Shown piece by piece: positions 51,716-64,000 of a stretch of 64,000 bases of DNA. Origin of the DNA: Octopus sinensis. Lineage: Eukaryota. Location of the stretch: assembly GCF_006345805.1 (NCBI RefSeq), contig NC_043010.1:3100001-3164000 (forward strand), in the 5' to 3' direction. The position numbers and the translations under genes were made by a program. The notes beneath the pieces are model-generated. The model did not search any database. It saw nothing but the letters and a program-made list of their open reading frames with translations, and was not told where the DNA came from. The stretch's first letter is position 1; each line of letters opens with the position of its first letter.

Positions 51716-52134
51716 ATGTGTTTGTGTGTTTGTGTTTGTCCCCCACCACTGCTTGACAACTGGTGTTGGTTTGTTTGCATCCCCATAACTTAGAGATTTG
51801 GCAAAAAGAGACTGCAACAATAAATACCAAGCTTAGAAAATAAGTACCATGGTTGATTTGTTTGATTAAACCCTTCAAAGCGGTGCCCTAGCATGGCCAC
51901 TCATTTATTTGACCAACAAAACTATCTGCTCATTGAATTAGTTTGTAAGTGGCTGATCATTCCACAGAGACAGGTCTTTACATTTACAGAGACATGTCTT
52001 TAAACCAGCCATATCTAGCTTAAATATCCTACCTGTTTGATCTTAAAACTGGCCAGTCCAGTCTCTCATACCTACTCTACAATCTCACGCTAAAAATAAA
52101 CAATCACATCATTGAAATCTCGAAGCTATGAGAT

Positions 52135-52681
52135 AATGCTAGGCCTCACCGAGGCAATGACTAGTGACCGAGACTTTTGGAAATATGCTGTGTGTGAGAA
52201 GACCCAGCAGGACAAGTGAGTCCATCCTGTGTCCCTTGCTAGGGATGTAGCCAGCCCACTTATGCATGCCTTTCTTTCCTTGGACACACAAAGACCTGTT
52301 GAGGCAAGCAAAGTCGAAATCGAATTCGAAATTGAACCAATCCTATGACTGGCACCCGGTAGTTACCAGGGATGCTGGACTGACTCCTGTGCCAGTGGCA
52401 AGTAAAGAAACACTGTTTTGACCCTGTGCTTGAGGAGATCCATTGAGTCAAGGACACCAACATCAAAGATCAATGGAAACTGCAGTTGTGAAACCTGTGC
52501 CGGTGCCATGTAAAAAGCACCCACTACACTCTCGGAGTGGTTGGCGTTAGGAAGGGCATCCAGCTGTAGAAACACTGCCAGATCAGACTGGAGCCTGGTG
52601 CAGCCTTCTGGCTCCCCAGATCCCTGGTCAAACCATCCAACCCATGCTAGCATGGAGAACGGACGTTAAACGATGATGATA
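52135..52681 (+). mobile_element. RTE 3' end (last codons plus UTR, family C)
   Basis: LGLTEAMTSDRDFWKYAV matches 49560-49620; family-C tail. Confidence 0.85.
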
Positions 52682-52944
52682 TTCCAAACAATGTGAATAA
52701 ATAAGCATTACATTTGACACAAAAAATTTCAATGCTAAAATAAGAATTAGTCAGAAACACAGAATTTGTGACAAGGCTATGCTTTTGAATTACACGTACG
52801 CTCTGATATGAAGTGCTTCCATACATGTTCCGTTTCCCCAATTTCCCTCATAAGACTTGTCGATCCAAGGCTATTGTACAGGATGGTGCATGAAAAAGTA
52901 GCCCAGGTTTTTGTAGCATAGGGTAAATACAGGAATAAATTTAA

Positions 52945-53452
52945 AAATAATAATGAAATTATTGTCAGAGTATATGCAGTAATGTACAAATGTCTGGAAA
53001 GTGAACAGTGTATGAGTCAGATACATGCTTGTGTGTGTATGGAGGGGAGAAAATCAGGTGTAGTGTTGGTGAATCTCAGAAAGCATGGAAGTTTTGAAGG
53101 ATGCAGTGCTCCGACAACTAACAACTGACGCCGGCAGTTTGTTCAGTACTTCAGCAGCTCTTAGCATGAAAAATGTTTCCTGAAGTCATGGGAGCTGTGC
53201 TGTTTTCTAACTTTGTAAATATGTCCACGGGTGTTAGATGGATGGAGTTTGAAAAGGTGCTCAGAGTTATTGTTCGTACGATGGTTGATAATTTTATGGG
53301 TGTCTGCCAAGTCAGCTGCCAGACGTCGGAGTTTCAATGTGTCCATGCCCAGGGAAGTAAGGCGTTCAGGATATGGCAAATGCCTGATGGAGGGTATTCT
53401 TTTGGTTGCACGTCGCTGAATGGCTTCCAGACGATTGATATCCTGGGCAAGA
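52945..53452 (-). mobile_element. CR1-clade LINE 3' fragment
   Basis: DINRLEAIQRRATKRIPSIRHLPYPERL..LGMDTLKLRRL...NTRGH.YK..K......RKHFS is the typical CR1/L3 ORF2 C-terminus; (TTA)n tail. Confidence 0.88.
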
Positions 53453-53687
53453 TACATACATGTAAAAGAACTTAGCCTTTTGTTTGCAAGCATCATTGTG
53501 TTATTTTGACCAAGTCTAAAGTTGAAGCCATATCATTTCACATGTATACAACAATTAAAAGCCTACTTTTTCAGTTGAAATAACACAGTGATGCTTGCAA
53601 ACGAAAGGTTGGGGCTTTTCTCTGTGTAAATTTATGTTTGAATCTGCACTATATGACGGAACCTGGACTACTTTTTGGGGCAACACC

Positions 53688-53995
53688 ATCATCATCATCA
53701 TCATCATCGTTTAACGTCTGCTTTCCATGCTAGCATGGGTTGGACGATTTGACTGAGGACTGGTGAGCCAGATGGCTGCACTAGGCTCCAATGTTGATCT
53801 GACAGAGTTTCTACAGCTGGATGCCCTTCCTAACGCCAACCACTCCGAGGGTGTAATGGGTGCTTTTACATGCCACCAGCACGAGGGCCAGTCAGGTGGT
53901 ACTGGCAACGACCTAACTCGAATGTTTTTTCACATGCCACCGGCACAAGTGCCAGTAAGGTGATGCTGGTAACGATCAAGCTCGGATGGTGCACC
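53688..53995 (-). mobile_element. RTE 3'UTR fragment (family C)
   Basis: Family-C motifs. Confidence 0.85.
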
Positions 53996-54919
53996 CCTAT
54001 GCAATAAACAACACTTTTTCATAACGCCACAGAGTGGGATTCAATGTAAGACCTTGAGATTGCTATATAACCAATGATTCATTTGAGAGTTTGTAACTGA
54101 GACAATTACATCATGAAAGCATCATGACAGACATTTAATATACAAATAGACGGTTACATTCATTTTTGTTGCATTTTTGAAATTTTATAGATTATAAACT
54201 ACCAAATGTTTCATGGTACATCTATGACTTACTCACTGATGCAGTTTCATGGATGTACTGTCATTTGATATATTTAGAAATTTGCATAGTGTTGGAGTAA
54301 AAGCTGAAGAGGGTTAGATTAGCAGAATCATTCGAGCAGGGTTTTTGAGTCATTATTTGCACGAAGTTCCACTTTGATTTTCCCCTCAAGAAAAGAAATA
54401 CACGACCCATGAATAGACAACGTTATTACGTACCACACACACATACACACACACACACGTATCTTGTGTCTTTACACATATCTGAGAGAAAAATTTATTT
54501 TCTCTGGCAAATATAATTGAGGATTGGAAACAGGAAGGGCATTTGGCTGTAGAAAATCTGCCTCGACAAATTCTGTCTGCACTAGCATAGCTAGAGTGTG
54601 CTGACTGGGGCAGCCCTTCAGTTTTCCACCCTTGGGCCCTCACATAAATTACATATTGCTTATAGTGGACCCAAAAGTGGTGCCACCCCTGCAGACCGCC
54701 CCCTTTAGGTATGTTAGTGTCCATCTGATACATGCAAACATCAAAACGTAAGCATTAAAATGATGATGATGATTATATTCTAATTGATAGCAGAGCAAGG
54801 GTTTTCATACAATTTTGTAAATGCAAATTGTTACATTTTACTAAAGGTAAGCAGTAGGTGTGTAACTTGTTTGTCTATCAGACAGGGGCAAACAAACTTA
54901 TGTGCCTTGTATGTTCTGC

Positions 54920-55118
54920 ATAGCACAACCGTTTTCAACCCATGAATGAAACTCTACGTGGTCGTTCAATCTGCTAGAAATAGCTGTCAAATCTCCCTCA
55001 AATCACACATTGTCATCTTAGCACAACTGTTTTCAACCCATGAAGGAAACTCTATGTGGTCGTTCAATCTGCTAGAAATAGCTGTCAAATCTCCCTCAAA
55101 TCACACATTGTCATCTTA
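54920..55118 (+). repeat. Tandem duplication, two ~99-bp units
   Basis: TAGCACAAC...CACATTGTCATCTTA twice with few mismatches. Confidence 0.9.
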
Positions 55119-55439
55119 AAAAGTGGAAGAGTATAGTAAATTATATAGTCTTAAACCCCATGAGAATGCGTTTTTATTATAGTACTGCTCAATCAGTGTT
55201 AAATCTGAAGCTAAAAAAAAACATAAAAAAACAATAGTAACAACTACACTAGTTATAGAGCACAAAGTCTTAATCATTATGACCATGTGACCACAGATGG
55301 GTACCTTAATGTAAAGGCCATTAACATCACATTATATTCTAAAGTAGAATATTGATCAGCAGGACTCTGGAGGATTATGGTGACTAATGTCCAGTTTAGA
55401 GGAAGTACACTAAGTCTGTATCAGACAATACTGAAGTAA

Positions 55440-55800
55440 TATATATAAATACATAAAATATAGAAATATAGAAAATATATAAAAATATATATTAATACAT
55501 AAAATATATATAAATATATAAAATATATAAAAATATATAAAATATATAAATATATAAAATATATAAAAATATATATATAATACATAAAATATATATAAAT
55601 ATATAAAATATATAAAAATATATTTAGATATATATAATTATATAAAATATATAAATATATATAAATATATATAAATATAAAAATATAGAACAAACATAAA
55701 TATATAGGAATATATAAAATATATATAAGTATATATATATATATGAATATATAAAATATATAAATAAAATATATATAAAATATATATAAATACGTAAAAT
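55440..55800. repeat. AT-rich low-complexity tract (ATATAAA-like)
   Basis: Nearly all A/T. Confidence 0.9.
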
Positions 55801-56139
55801 ATGAAGCTTCAAGACAGATCACATGGTACATAAAAATAAAAAGCTTAAATAAAAATAGAAAATAATTTTATTTTTTTTCTTTTGCTCGTTTCATTCATTG
55901 GGCTGTGGCCATACTGGAGTACCACCTTGAAGGGTTTAGTCAAACAAATCAAGTCCAGTACTAATTTTAAGTCCAGGTACTTATTCTATTGGTCTCTCTT
56001 TTGCCAAACCACTACATTATGAGGATGTAAACAAACCAACAGTTATCAAGTGGGGTGGGGAGATGGACACTCATAAAGACAACGACACACATGCACATTT
56101 CCATACATATATAAATACATGCGCACACACAAGCACACA

Positions 56140-56181
<42 letters not shown>

Positions 56182-56956
56182 CACATTGACTCACATGCAC
56201 ATCCTTGTAACTTAGCTGTTCAGCAAAAGAGACCAATGGAATAAATACCTGGTTTAAACTAAATAAATCCTGAGATCAATTCATTTGACTAAAAAGTTTT
56301 CGGAGGCAGTGCTCCAGCATGGCTGCTGTCTAATGACAGAAACAAGTAAAAGAATAAAAGATAAAAGATGCTGACAGCTACCAGTTTTCTTGGATTCTGG
56401 ATTTTATTCTCCTCAATTCGTCAAAACGACTGAATAAGGATATGATTAATTCCCCAGCTTCCCAAACATAGGCTCTCAGCTTCACAAGTATTCCTGGAAT
56501 TAAACAGGAATCTGTTGTTGTCTGAATGCTATTTATACTTTTATTTTTCATATTAATGAACAAAACTCCATAAACTTTAGGTAAAGAAATCTATACTAAA
56601 ATCAAGACAAGTAAGTGTGTCTATCATCGCTATGTCAGTAATCTTTAATATTTAATTATTTACAGTGAAACCAAACTCTAATAAAAAGTTATATGAGAGA
56701 TTTTGTTGAAGACAGTTAATTAATCAATCACAAGAAAGGAGGGCTCCAATCAGGAATTTTAAACATGCTGTCAAACACTTTATATTTACAATGTAAAGTA
56801 TTTTTTAATAATTTACTTGGAGAGGAAGATGGCGCTTCTGGCCTTCTTTTCAAGGTTTTTGAACTTGATAAAAGGAAAAGAGCTAGTATTTATTGTAAAG
56901 ACTGTGTGATGTACTAAGGAGCCATTCCCCTCACCTCGCATTGCATGGTCACTTAC

Positions 56957-57207
56957 ATCATCATCATCATCATCGTTTAACGTCTGTTTTCCGCGCTAGC
57001 ACGGGTTGGACGGTTCGACCGGGGTCTAGGAAGCCAGGGGCTGCACCAGGCTCCAGTCTGATCTGGCAATGTTTCTACAGCTGGATGCCCTTCCTAACGC
57101 CAACCACTCCACGAGTGTAGTGGGTGCTTTTTACGTGCCACCTGCACAGGTGCCAGGGGGGGGGTCTGGTATCGGCCACGATCAGTTGGTGCTTTTAACG
57201 TGCCACC
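56957..57207 (-). mobile_element. RTE 3'UTR fragment (family C)
   Basis: Family-C motifs. Confidence 0.85.
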
Positions 57208-58124
57208 GTTAGAGATCTGGCTTGACTGTTGATAACTGTGGATTTTGCTTACGGTACCCTGGGATCATGCAGTGTTGCTAAACTAGGTGGCATGAGTCTT
57301 GTACCTCAACACTACCCAAGCATCTATTCTCACATTCTCATTCCTTGAAGAACTTTGATGCCAAATTAATAATAATCCACATTTGCTGAACATGTTTCCG
57401 TAAACTTTCTAGGAAATACATTTTTCAATATTGATGGACAACAAGCAAATTCCACAAATTACAAAACCTTCAGCTGGAAAAGAAGCCTTTACATGATTGC
57501 TTGACCTGCTTGAAAAAGCAGTCAAATCTCATTCAACTTACACCTAGTTGTCTCAATAGTCGTCATTGATTGGTTGAAATTGCCGAAATGCAAGAAATTA
57601 AACAACAAATAGCTTACAAACTACAGAATTTTCTCAAGAAAGCCAAGAGAAAAAGATGTTTTATGTGACACATTCTACCAGTATACGAAGTTTAAAAGTG
57701 TTTAGTTGCAAAGAAATTATTTTAAAAATCTGCCGGTCAAAGCGAAAAGATCTCGAAAAATGCATCAGAAGGAAATTCTGAATAATTGATATTATGCATA
57801 GAAAGGTGTGTGAAGGAGTGTGGCCGAGGGGTTAAGGTGCTACACTCACGATTGCAAGATCATGGTTTCAATTCCCAGAGTCAAGCAATGCATTGTGCTC
57901 TTGCACAGAACACTTCATTTTGCATTGCTCAAGTCCATGAGTAACCTTGTGAAGGGCAGGCATCCTGTTCAGGGTGGAATGTTGTGGTCACTTGTATGGT
58001 ATAGCAAATGGATTACTGGACCTATGGGTCCTCAGACTCAAGACAGTATTGTCCAGGGGTTTGAGACTGAAGATGATGATGATGAGAGAAGGGTTGAGGA
58101 TGGTTAGTATAGGGCCTCAAAGAA

Positions 58125-58568
58125 GGTGTAGCATAATAAGATAACAGAGTAACGCTGTTAATAGAAGTTTGAAAGGTAAAGGAGAAGGGTGAAGTACTGT
58201 AACTGAATAAATTAAGAGAATTTAAATCAAATTAAAAGAAGTTAAGAACAAGACAAGGAAAGATGAAAAGGTGGAAAAACTTTTTGTTTCCTTGAAAAAT
58301 CGTAAAAATAATCTCAAAAAATCTTTTAAAAAAATCATTTGAAGAAAAATTTTAAAAAGCTTAAAAGACCTTAAAAAATTTTTTTTGAACATTTATAAAT
58401 TCTCAAGAAAACAAAAAAATCTGATAAACATCCCACAAAGACAGAAAAACACCTCAAAAACATCTTTTAGCCTCTCTTAATTTTTTGGGGTTACAGTATT
58501 TCACCCTTCTCCTTTACTGTCCAAACCTCTCCTACTCGTGGCATTACCCTGTTGCCTTACTATACTAT
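58125..58568. mobile_element. MITE-like element with ~95-bp imperfect inverted arms
   Basis: GTAAAGGAGAAGGGTGAAGTACTGTAAC / GTTACAGTATTTCACCCTTCTCCTTTAC. Confidence 0.65.
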
Positions 58569-58569
58569 A

Positions 58570-58962
58570 GTGGAGGCGCAATGGCCCAGTGGTTAGGGCA
58601 GCGGACTCATGGTCATAGGATTGCGGTTTCGATTCCCAGACTGGGCGTTGTGAGTGTTTATTGAGCGAAAACACCTAAAAGTTCCACGAGGCTCCGGCAG
58701 GGGGTGGTGATCCCTGCTGTATTCTTTCACCACAACTTTCTCTCACTCTTACTTCCTGTTTCTGTTGTACCTGTATTTCAAGGGGCCGGCCTTGTCACTT
58801 TCTGTGTCACACTGAATATCCCCGAGTACTACGTTAAGGGTGCATGTGTCTGTGGAGTGCTCAGCCACTTACACGTTAATTTCACGAGCAGGTTGTTCCG
58901 TTGATTCGGATCAACCGGAACCCTCGTCGTCGTAACCGACGGAGTGCTTCCTCTTTTTTTCC
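58570..58962 (+). mobile_element. tRNA-derived SINE family E, young copy
   Basis: GGCGCAATGGCCCAGTGGTTAGGGCAGCGGACTC...GGTTTCGATTCCC head; CpGs retained; 11-bp TSD ACTATACTATA at 58559-58569 and 58963-58973. Confidence 0.8.
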
Positions 58963-59720
58963 ACTATACTATACCATAACCATGTTGTCTGAGATCCATC
59001 GGCACATTGTATTATAAGTGATAAGAGGAGAAGATATGGTGGATATATCATTTGAGCAACGTGTAACCAATAACAAAAAACATAGTAATGATTAGTCTTA
59101 GATTCTTGTGGAGCCAAAGTAAAATATCAAAGACAAGACCCACTGTTTTGTTTTTGTAAAGTAAGAGAAATAGGATGTCATGAAGTTCATACTATTTCTG
59201 AAGGGATTAGTACTTAACTTGTTTGGTAGTTGCTTCAAGATGGATTTGAAAGTGATCTGTTGAGTCAGCTCTTTTGGGAATTCATCTCATGCTACAATGC
59301 TTGTCTTTGTGTCACTTGATATTAATAAAACACTGTATTGCTTTTTCTGTGTTTGTGTGTTTGTGCATGCATAACTAATCTATCTGTCTGTCTGTCTGTT
59401 TATCTGATGAGCTACTTATCTATCTATTTATTCACACACACGCACACATGCACGCACACACGCACACATACACATATACGTGTGTGTGTGTATGTATGTA
59501 TGTATGTATGTATATATCAGTGAGGAGTTCATATATCTGAAAAAGAAGCGCACTCTAAAACATTAGTGTAATAATATTTAGAAGGCTGTTTGTTATGGTC
59601 TGTGTCTTATAGGTGTCTTATTGGTTTCACAGCTATAAGGCACTTAACAGTATAGGTGGGTCACTCTCTGACCGGCCATAACTAACAACCTTATAAATAT
59701 ATATATATATATATATATAT

Positions 59721-59890
59721 AAAGAGATACTTTATTTAAAGCAGCAGAAAATTCAACAAAACCTGTTACTGAGTTTCAAACAGGTTTTGTTGAATTTTCT
59801 GCTGCTTTAAATAAAGCATATTACTCTACCACTGGTATTTGAGTACTCTTTTTTCCACCTTGTTTCACATTTATGTGTTTACTCCGGTAT
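59721..59890. mobile_element. Fold-back insert after (TA)n with half a hammerhead in its loop
   Basis: Perfect 38-bp arms 59730-59767 / 59779-59816; loop on the - strand reads GAAAC-TCA-GTA. Confidence 0.7.
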
Positions 59891-60067
59891 ATAAAAAGAT
59901 GGATAGATAAATAAATAGAGGCATGCATGCATACATACATACGTACATACATACATACATACATACATACATACATACATGCATGCATGCATACATACAT
60001 ACATACATATATACATACATACATGCATACATACATACATGCATACATGCATACATACATACATGCA

Positions 60068-60098
<31 letters not shown>

Positions 60099-60508
60099 TC
60101 ATATGTACATCTTTTATCTTTTACTTGCTTCAGTCATTGGACAGCAGTCATGCTGAAACACTATTTAGAAGAGTTCTTTTAAGCCTGGCTCTTACTCTAT
60201 TGGTCCCTTATACTGAACCAATAAGTTGCAGAGATGTAAACAGGCCAACACTGGTTGTCAAGGGGCACAGAGGGACAAACTACAAATGCTAAGACAACTC
60301 ACGCACATAAACATATACATAGATATAAATGACATATACACGTGCATGTGTGCACACGCGCACACACACACAAGTATGTAGGTGTATATATTATTTAAAA
60401 TAGTTTGATTTGGCTCCATGTGGCTAATCGAAATGTTTTAAATAAAACATGTATCCCCTACTGTGTTGAGTGCTCCTTTCTTTCATTTGTCCACTCACTT
60501 ATACGTGC

Positions 60509-60549
<41 letters not shown>

Positions 60550-60635
60550 CATCATTTAGCTACCTTATTCTGTACTGGCACAGGATATACTTCTTGCTTG
60601 AGTTGAACTGTTGGCACAAACATAAATACATGTAT

Positions 60636-60669
<34 letters not shown>

Positions 60670-61105
60670 CTCTTTTACTTGTTTCAGTCATTTGACTGTG
60701 GCCATGCTGGAGCACCACCTTCAGTCAAGCAAACTGACCCCAGGACCTATTCTTTGTAAGCCTAGTACTTATTCTAGCAGTCTCTTTTCCTGAACAGCTA
60801 AGTTACAGGGACGTAAACGCACTACCATCAGTTGTCAAGCAACGTTGGGGAAACACACAAACATGCAAACATATACACACATACATATATATATACATAT
60901 ATACGACCCTAACCCCTCACAGATACATATATATACATATATACGACGGGCTTCTTTCAGTTTTCATCTACCAAATCCACTCACAAGACTCTGGTCGGCC
61001 CGAGGCTACAGTAGAAGACATTTGTCCAAGATGCCATGCAGTGAGACTGAACCTGGAACCATGTGGTTGGTAAGCAAGCTACTTACCACACAGCTATTCC
61101 TGCAG
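60670..61105 (-). mobile_element. SINE family A
   Basis: Reverse complement of the family consensus. Confidence 0.85.
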
Positions 61106-62214
61106 CTATATATATATATATATATGAATGATCATATATAGTTATATGTATATATATGAATGTGTTGAGTATGCATATAATTATACATAAAGTTATGTAT
61201 ACATGACATGAAACCATCAGCCACTATAGGTCTTGAAAACTAACAGTGGAAAAATTTAGATTAGATCAGGTCAATGTACCATTCTCATATATTTGGCATC
61301 AACTTGTTTTTGCCATTTCTCATTTATTTGATGTAATCATGGATTTAGGTACAGGTGTATCAGTGTGGTTCAGAAGTTTGCTTCAACACCACATGGTTCC
61401 AGATTCAGTCCCATAGTATGGTACCTTAGTCATCTATTATAAACCTTGGTGCCGGTGTGTTTATATCCCCATAACTTAGCAGTTCAGCAAATGAGTCTAA
61501 AAGATTAAAAAAATATAAGTCCTGGAGTTGATTTGCTTGACTAAAACCCTTCAATGCTCCAAAATGGCTGCTGCCAAATGACTACAACAAGTGAAAGATA
61601 TGGGTAAAAAGGACCTCACAGCCCTACACTTGTTTTACTCACTTGCCAAACACTTTACATTATGTGTTGGGTAGAGTTTCTAGGCATCAACCCTAGAGAG
61701 ACAGCCTTGCTCACAATTCCCCTGTAGAGGAAATGTGGCAGATGGTAGGTTCTGTCAAAGCACTGTGAGAAAAGGCAGGGAGACTTATACAGAGTAGAAG
61801 AGTAGGGCACTCATTTTACATGTTCATCTGTCTGAGTGATGTGCATCAAAATAGTCACCATTCAGGATGACTGATGACTTGTGCAGTAACTTTGTTAAAG
61901 TGAAAATGAGTTGCTTGCTGTCAATCTCATCCCCATATCCTTAACCATCTTCAATCCAGTGGCAAGTCCAGATCAAGATGATTTGGGAAGGAAACAGAAA
62001 CTGTGGGTGACCAAGATGGCAGAGAACTGGCAGAAACGTTAGCACACCGGGCAAAATGCCTAGCAGTATTTTGTCTGCTGTTATATACTATTGACATATC
62101 TACCACATGTACTTTCTGCTCATTTATATTAAATATTGAAATGTATTTATCTTCTACATTCATATACCATTAACATGTATTTGTTATTCTCATGTATTTA
62201 CCATTCCCATACCA

Positions 62215-62616
62215 TTTAAAGCGGAGGGAAGTTGTGGAAGAGAGAGACCCAGGAAGACAAGGGACGAAATATTGAAGGCTGATCTCAAAACACTGAACCT
62301 TACAAAGGATAGGACAGAGGAGACTGAGCTATGTGGTGCATTGCTGTACTTAAGAAGGCCTGCCCACCACATGTGAATTGAAATCCTAAAACCAAGGGGC
62401 CATGTAAAAAGCATTGGTGTGGGTGCTGCTGCCATGCAAAAAGTACCTAGTACACTCTATAAAGTGGTTAGCATTAGGAGGGGCATCCAGTCATAGAAAC
62501 CTAACCAAAACAGACTAAGGATCCTGGTGTGACCCCTAGCCTTGCAAGTTCCTGTCAAGCCATCCAACCCATGCCAGCATGGAAAACAAATATTAAATAT
62601 TGATGATGATGATGAT
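62215..62616 (+). mobile_element. Old RTE 3' end plus family-C tail
   Basis: GRERPRKTRDEILKADLKTLNLT; CCAACCCATGCCAGCATGGAAAA; (GAT)n. Confidence 0.75.
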
Positions 62617-64000
62617 CTATTTACAATTCATGTGAATTTATACTTCTAATGCATTTACTTTTCCCATGTATTTATAACTGACATGTATTCACCATTCACA
62701 TGTATTTACCATTCACAGGTATATGCCATTCAATTGTGGTGGTCGGGATACCAGAACTAATAATAATCTGCTTATGTTTTTGCTGGTTTCAACAAATGTT
62801 TGGGGACAAACTTATTGCTTTCTATCTAAACAGGACACAGATTGTCACTGTGTAGGACAGACTGTCATCATAGAGGACAGACATTCGATCAGTCATGTAC
62901 TTAATAAAGGAAGCTAAAGTTCAGGTATTTGCCATGGCTTAACACTGCTTTAAGCCTTTCAAGAATTATAAAATGGCAGCTAAAATATATTAGAACAAAG
63001 AGTAATTATACTCAGTTTTAATACTTGGCTTAACTGACAGACTTGTCATCTCTGGCAGCAACCAGTTGCATTAAATTTATATTCACATATGCATATGAAC
63101 ATACACACATGTGTGTGTGTGTATGTGAATACATGCATACATACATTCATACCTACATACATACAAATATACACATATATATACATATATATATATTTAT
63201 AATATATATATATATATATTTACATATAAATGTTTGTACATACATACAGGCATGTATGTGTCCTTTATACATGCACACACATATATGCATATACACAAGG
63301 AATATATTAAGGATGTATATAATTCTATTGACTCACACTTTCTTTGTATTTCACCTTTACTCCTGTACTATTTAAAAAATTACGCTCTGCTGTCATTTAG
63401 ACACATGGTATTTACTTTATAAATATGGCTCTTTAAATCTTTCCAAAAAAATAATAAATCCTTTGACAGTTGAACATCGTAAAAGAGTTAATAATAAAGT
63501 ATTCACCCTTATGAATGAAAAAAAAAATCAAATGTAAAAATATATAATATTGATTAAAATTTCCAGAACAGGAAAATTGATATTTCATAAAAATCTTTAT
63601 TTAAAAATTTTTTATTTATCTATTTATTATTATTTTGAATTTTGAAAATGTTGAATTTTTTGGAATTTTCTTGAAGAAAATAAATGTATAGAATTTTGTT
63701 GTACTCCCATGATTGAAATTTCTTGAATCCTTTAATTATGTTGACCCTTTCATTCACTCTTTATAAAAGTAGGGACACAATAATTATTGAAATCTCTTAG
63801 TGATTGATTACTTGGAAAAGAAAATGTTTATCCAATCTTCTATATTAGATCTTGTAAAGACACTCAAATCTTTATTCTTACCATAAGCTGATTAGATAAT
63901 CTATCATTTTGTTGAAGGTTGAAGATCTATCATAAACCCAATGCTAATGATGTTAATACCCGCTTGAGAATCTGCAAGTTTAACAAGTTCAGTGGTTCTC

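Noticed and set aside
58575-58650. tRNA-like sequence (also the heads of SINE families A, B and D)
   Set aside because: No complete cloverleaf or acceptor stem; it continues into a SINE body with a TSD.
59575-59700. Imperfect fold-back with a GAAAC motif on the - strand
   Set aside because: No CTGANGA core or paired stems could be built; too degenerate to call a ribozyme.

Overview
AT-rich, microsatellite-saturated animal genomic DNA. The SINE, RTE and mariner repertoire looks cephalopod (probably Octopus), which is an inference. I can support no intact host protein-coding gene. Mobile-element content: (i) a Penelope-like retroelement (PLE) of the Naiad type at 1-3487, with an RT on the - strand carrying one frameshift, an inverted 455-bp pseudo-LTR pair, and a minimal type-I hammerhead ribozyme (HHR) in each arm; (ii) several short fold-back inserts in (TA)n tracts, at least three carrying well-formed minimal hammerheads, one with a compensatory U3-A8 core inside a long rod; (iii) RTE and CR1 LINE remnants, one RTE with a PHD finger inside its RT and a 3'UTR of repeated pseudoknot-like units; (iv) dozens of tRNA-derived SINEs of several families; (v) mariner/Tc1, piggyBac-type MITE and non-autonomous Helitron copies; (vi) one solitary, full-length 5S rRNA copy abutting an RTE 3' tail. 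The most interesting signal is the population of (TA)n-targeted, hammerhead-bearing fold-back elements, which often land in the internal microsatellite of one SINE family. All calls were made by eye, and repeat boundaries are approximate unless a TSD or TIR is quoted.
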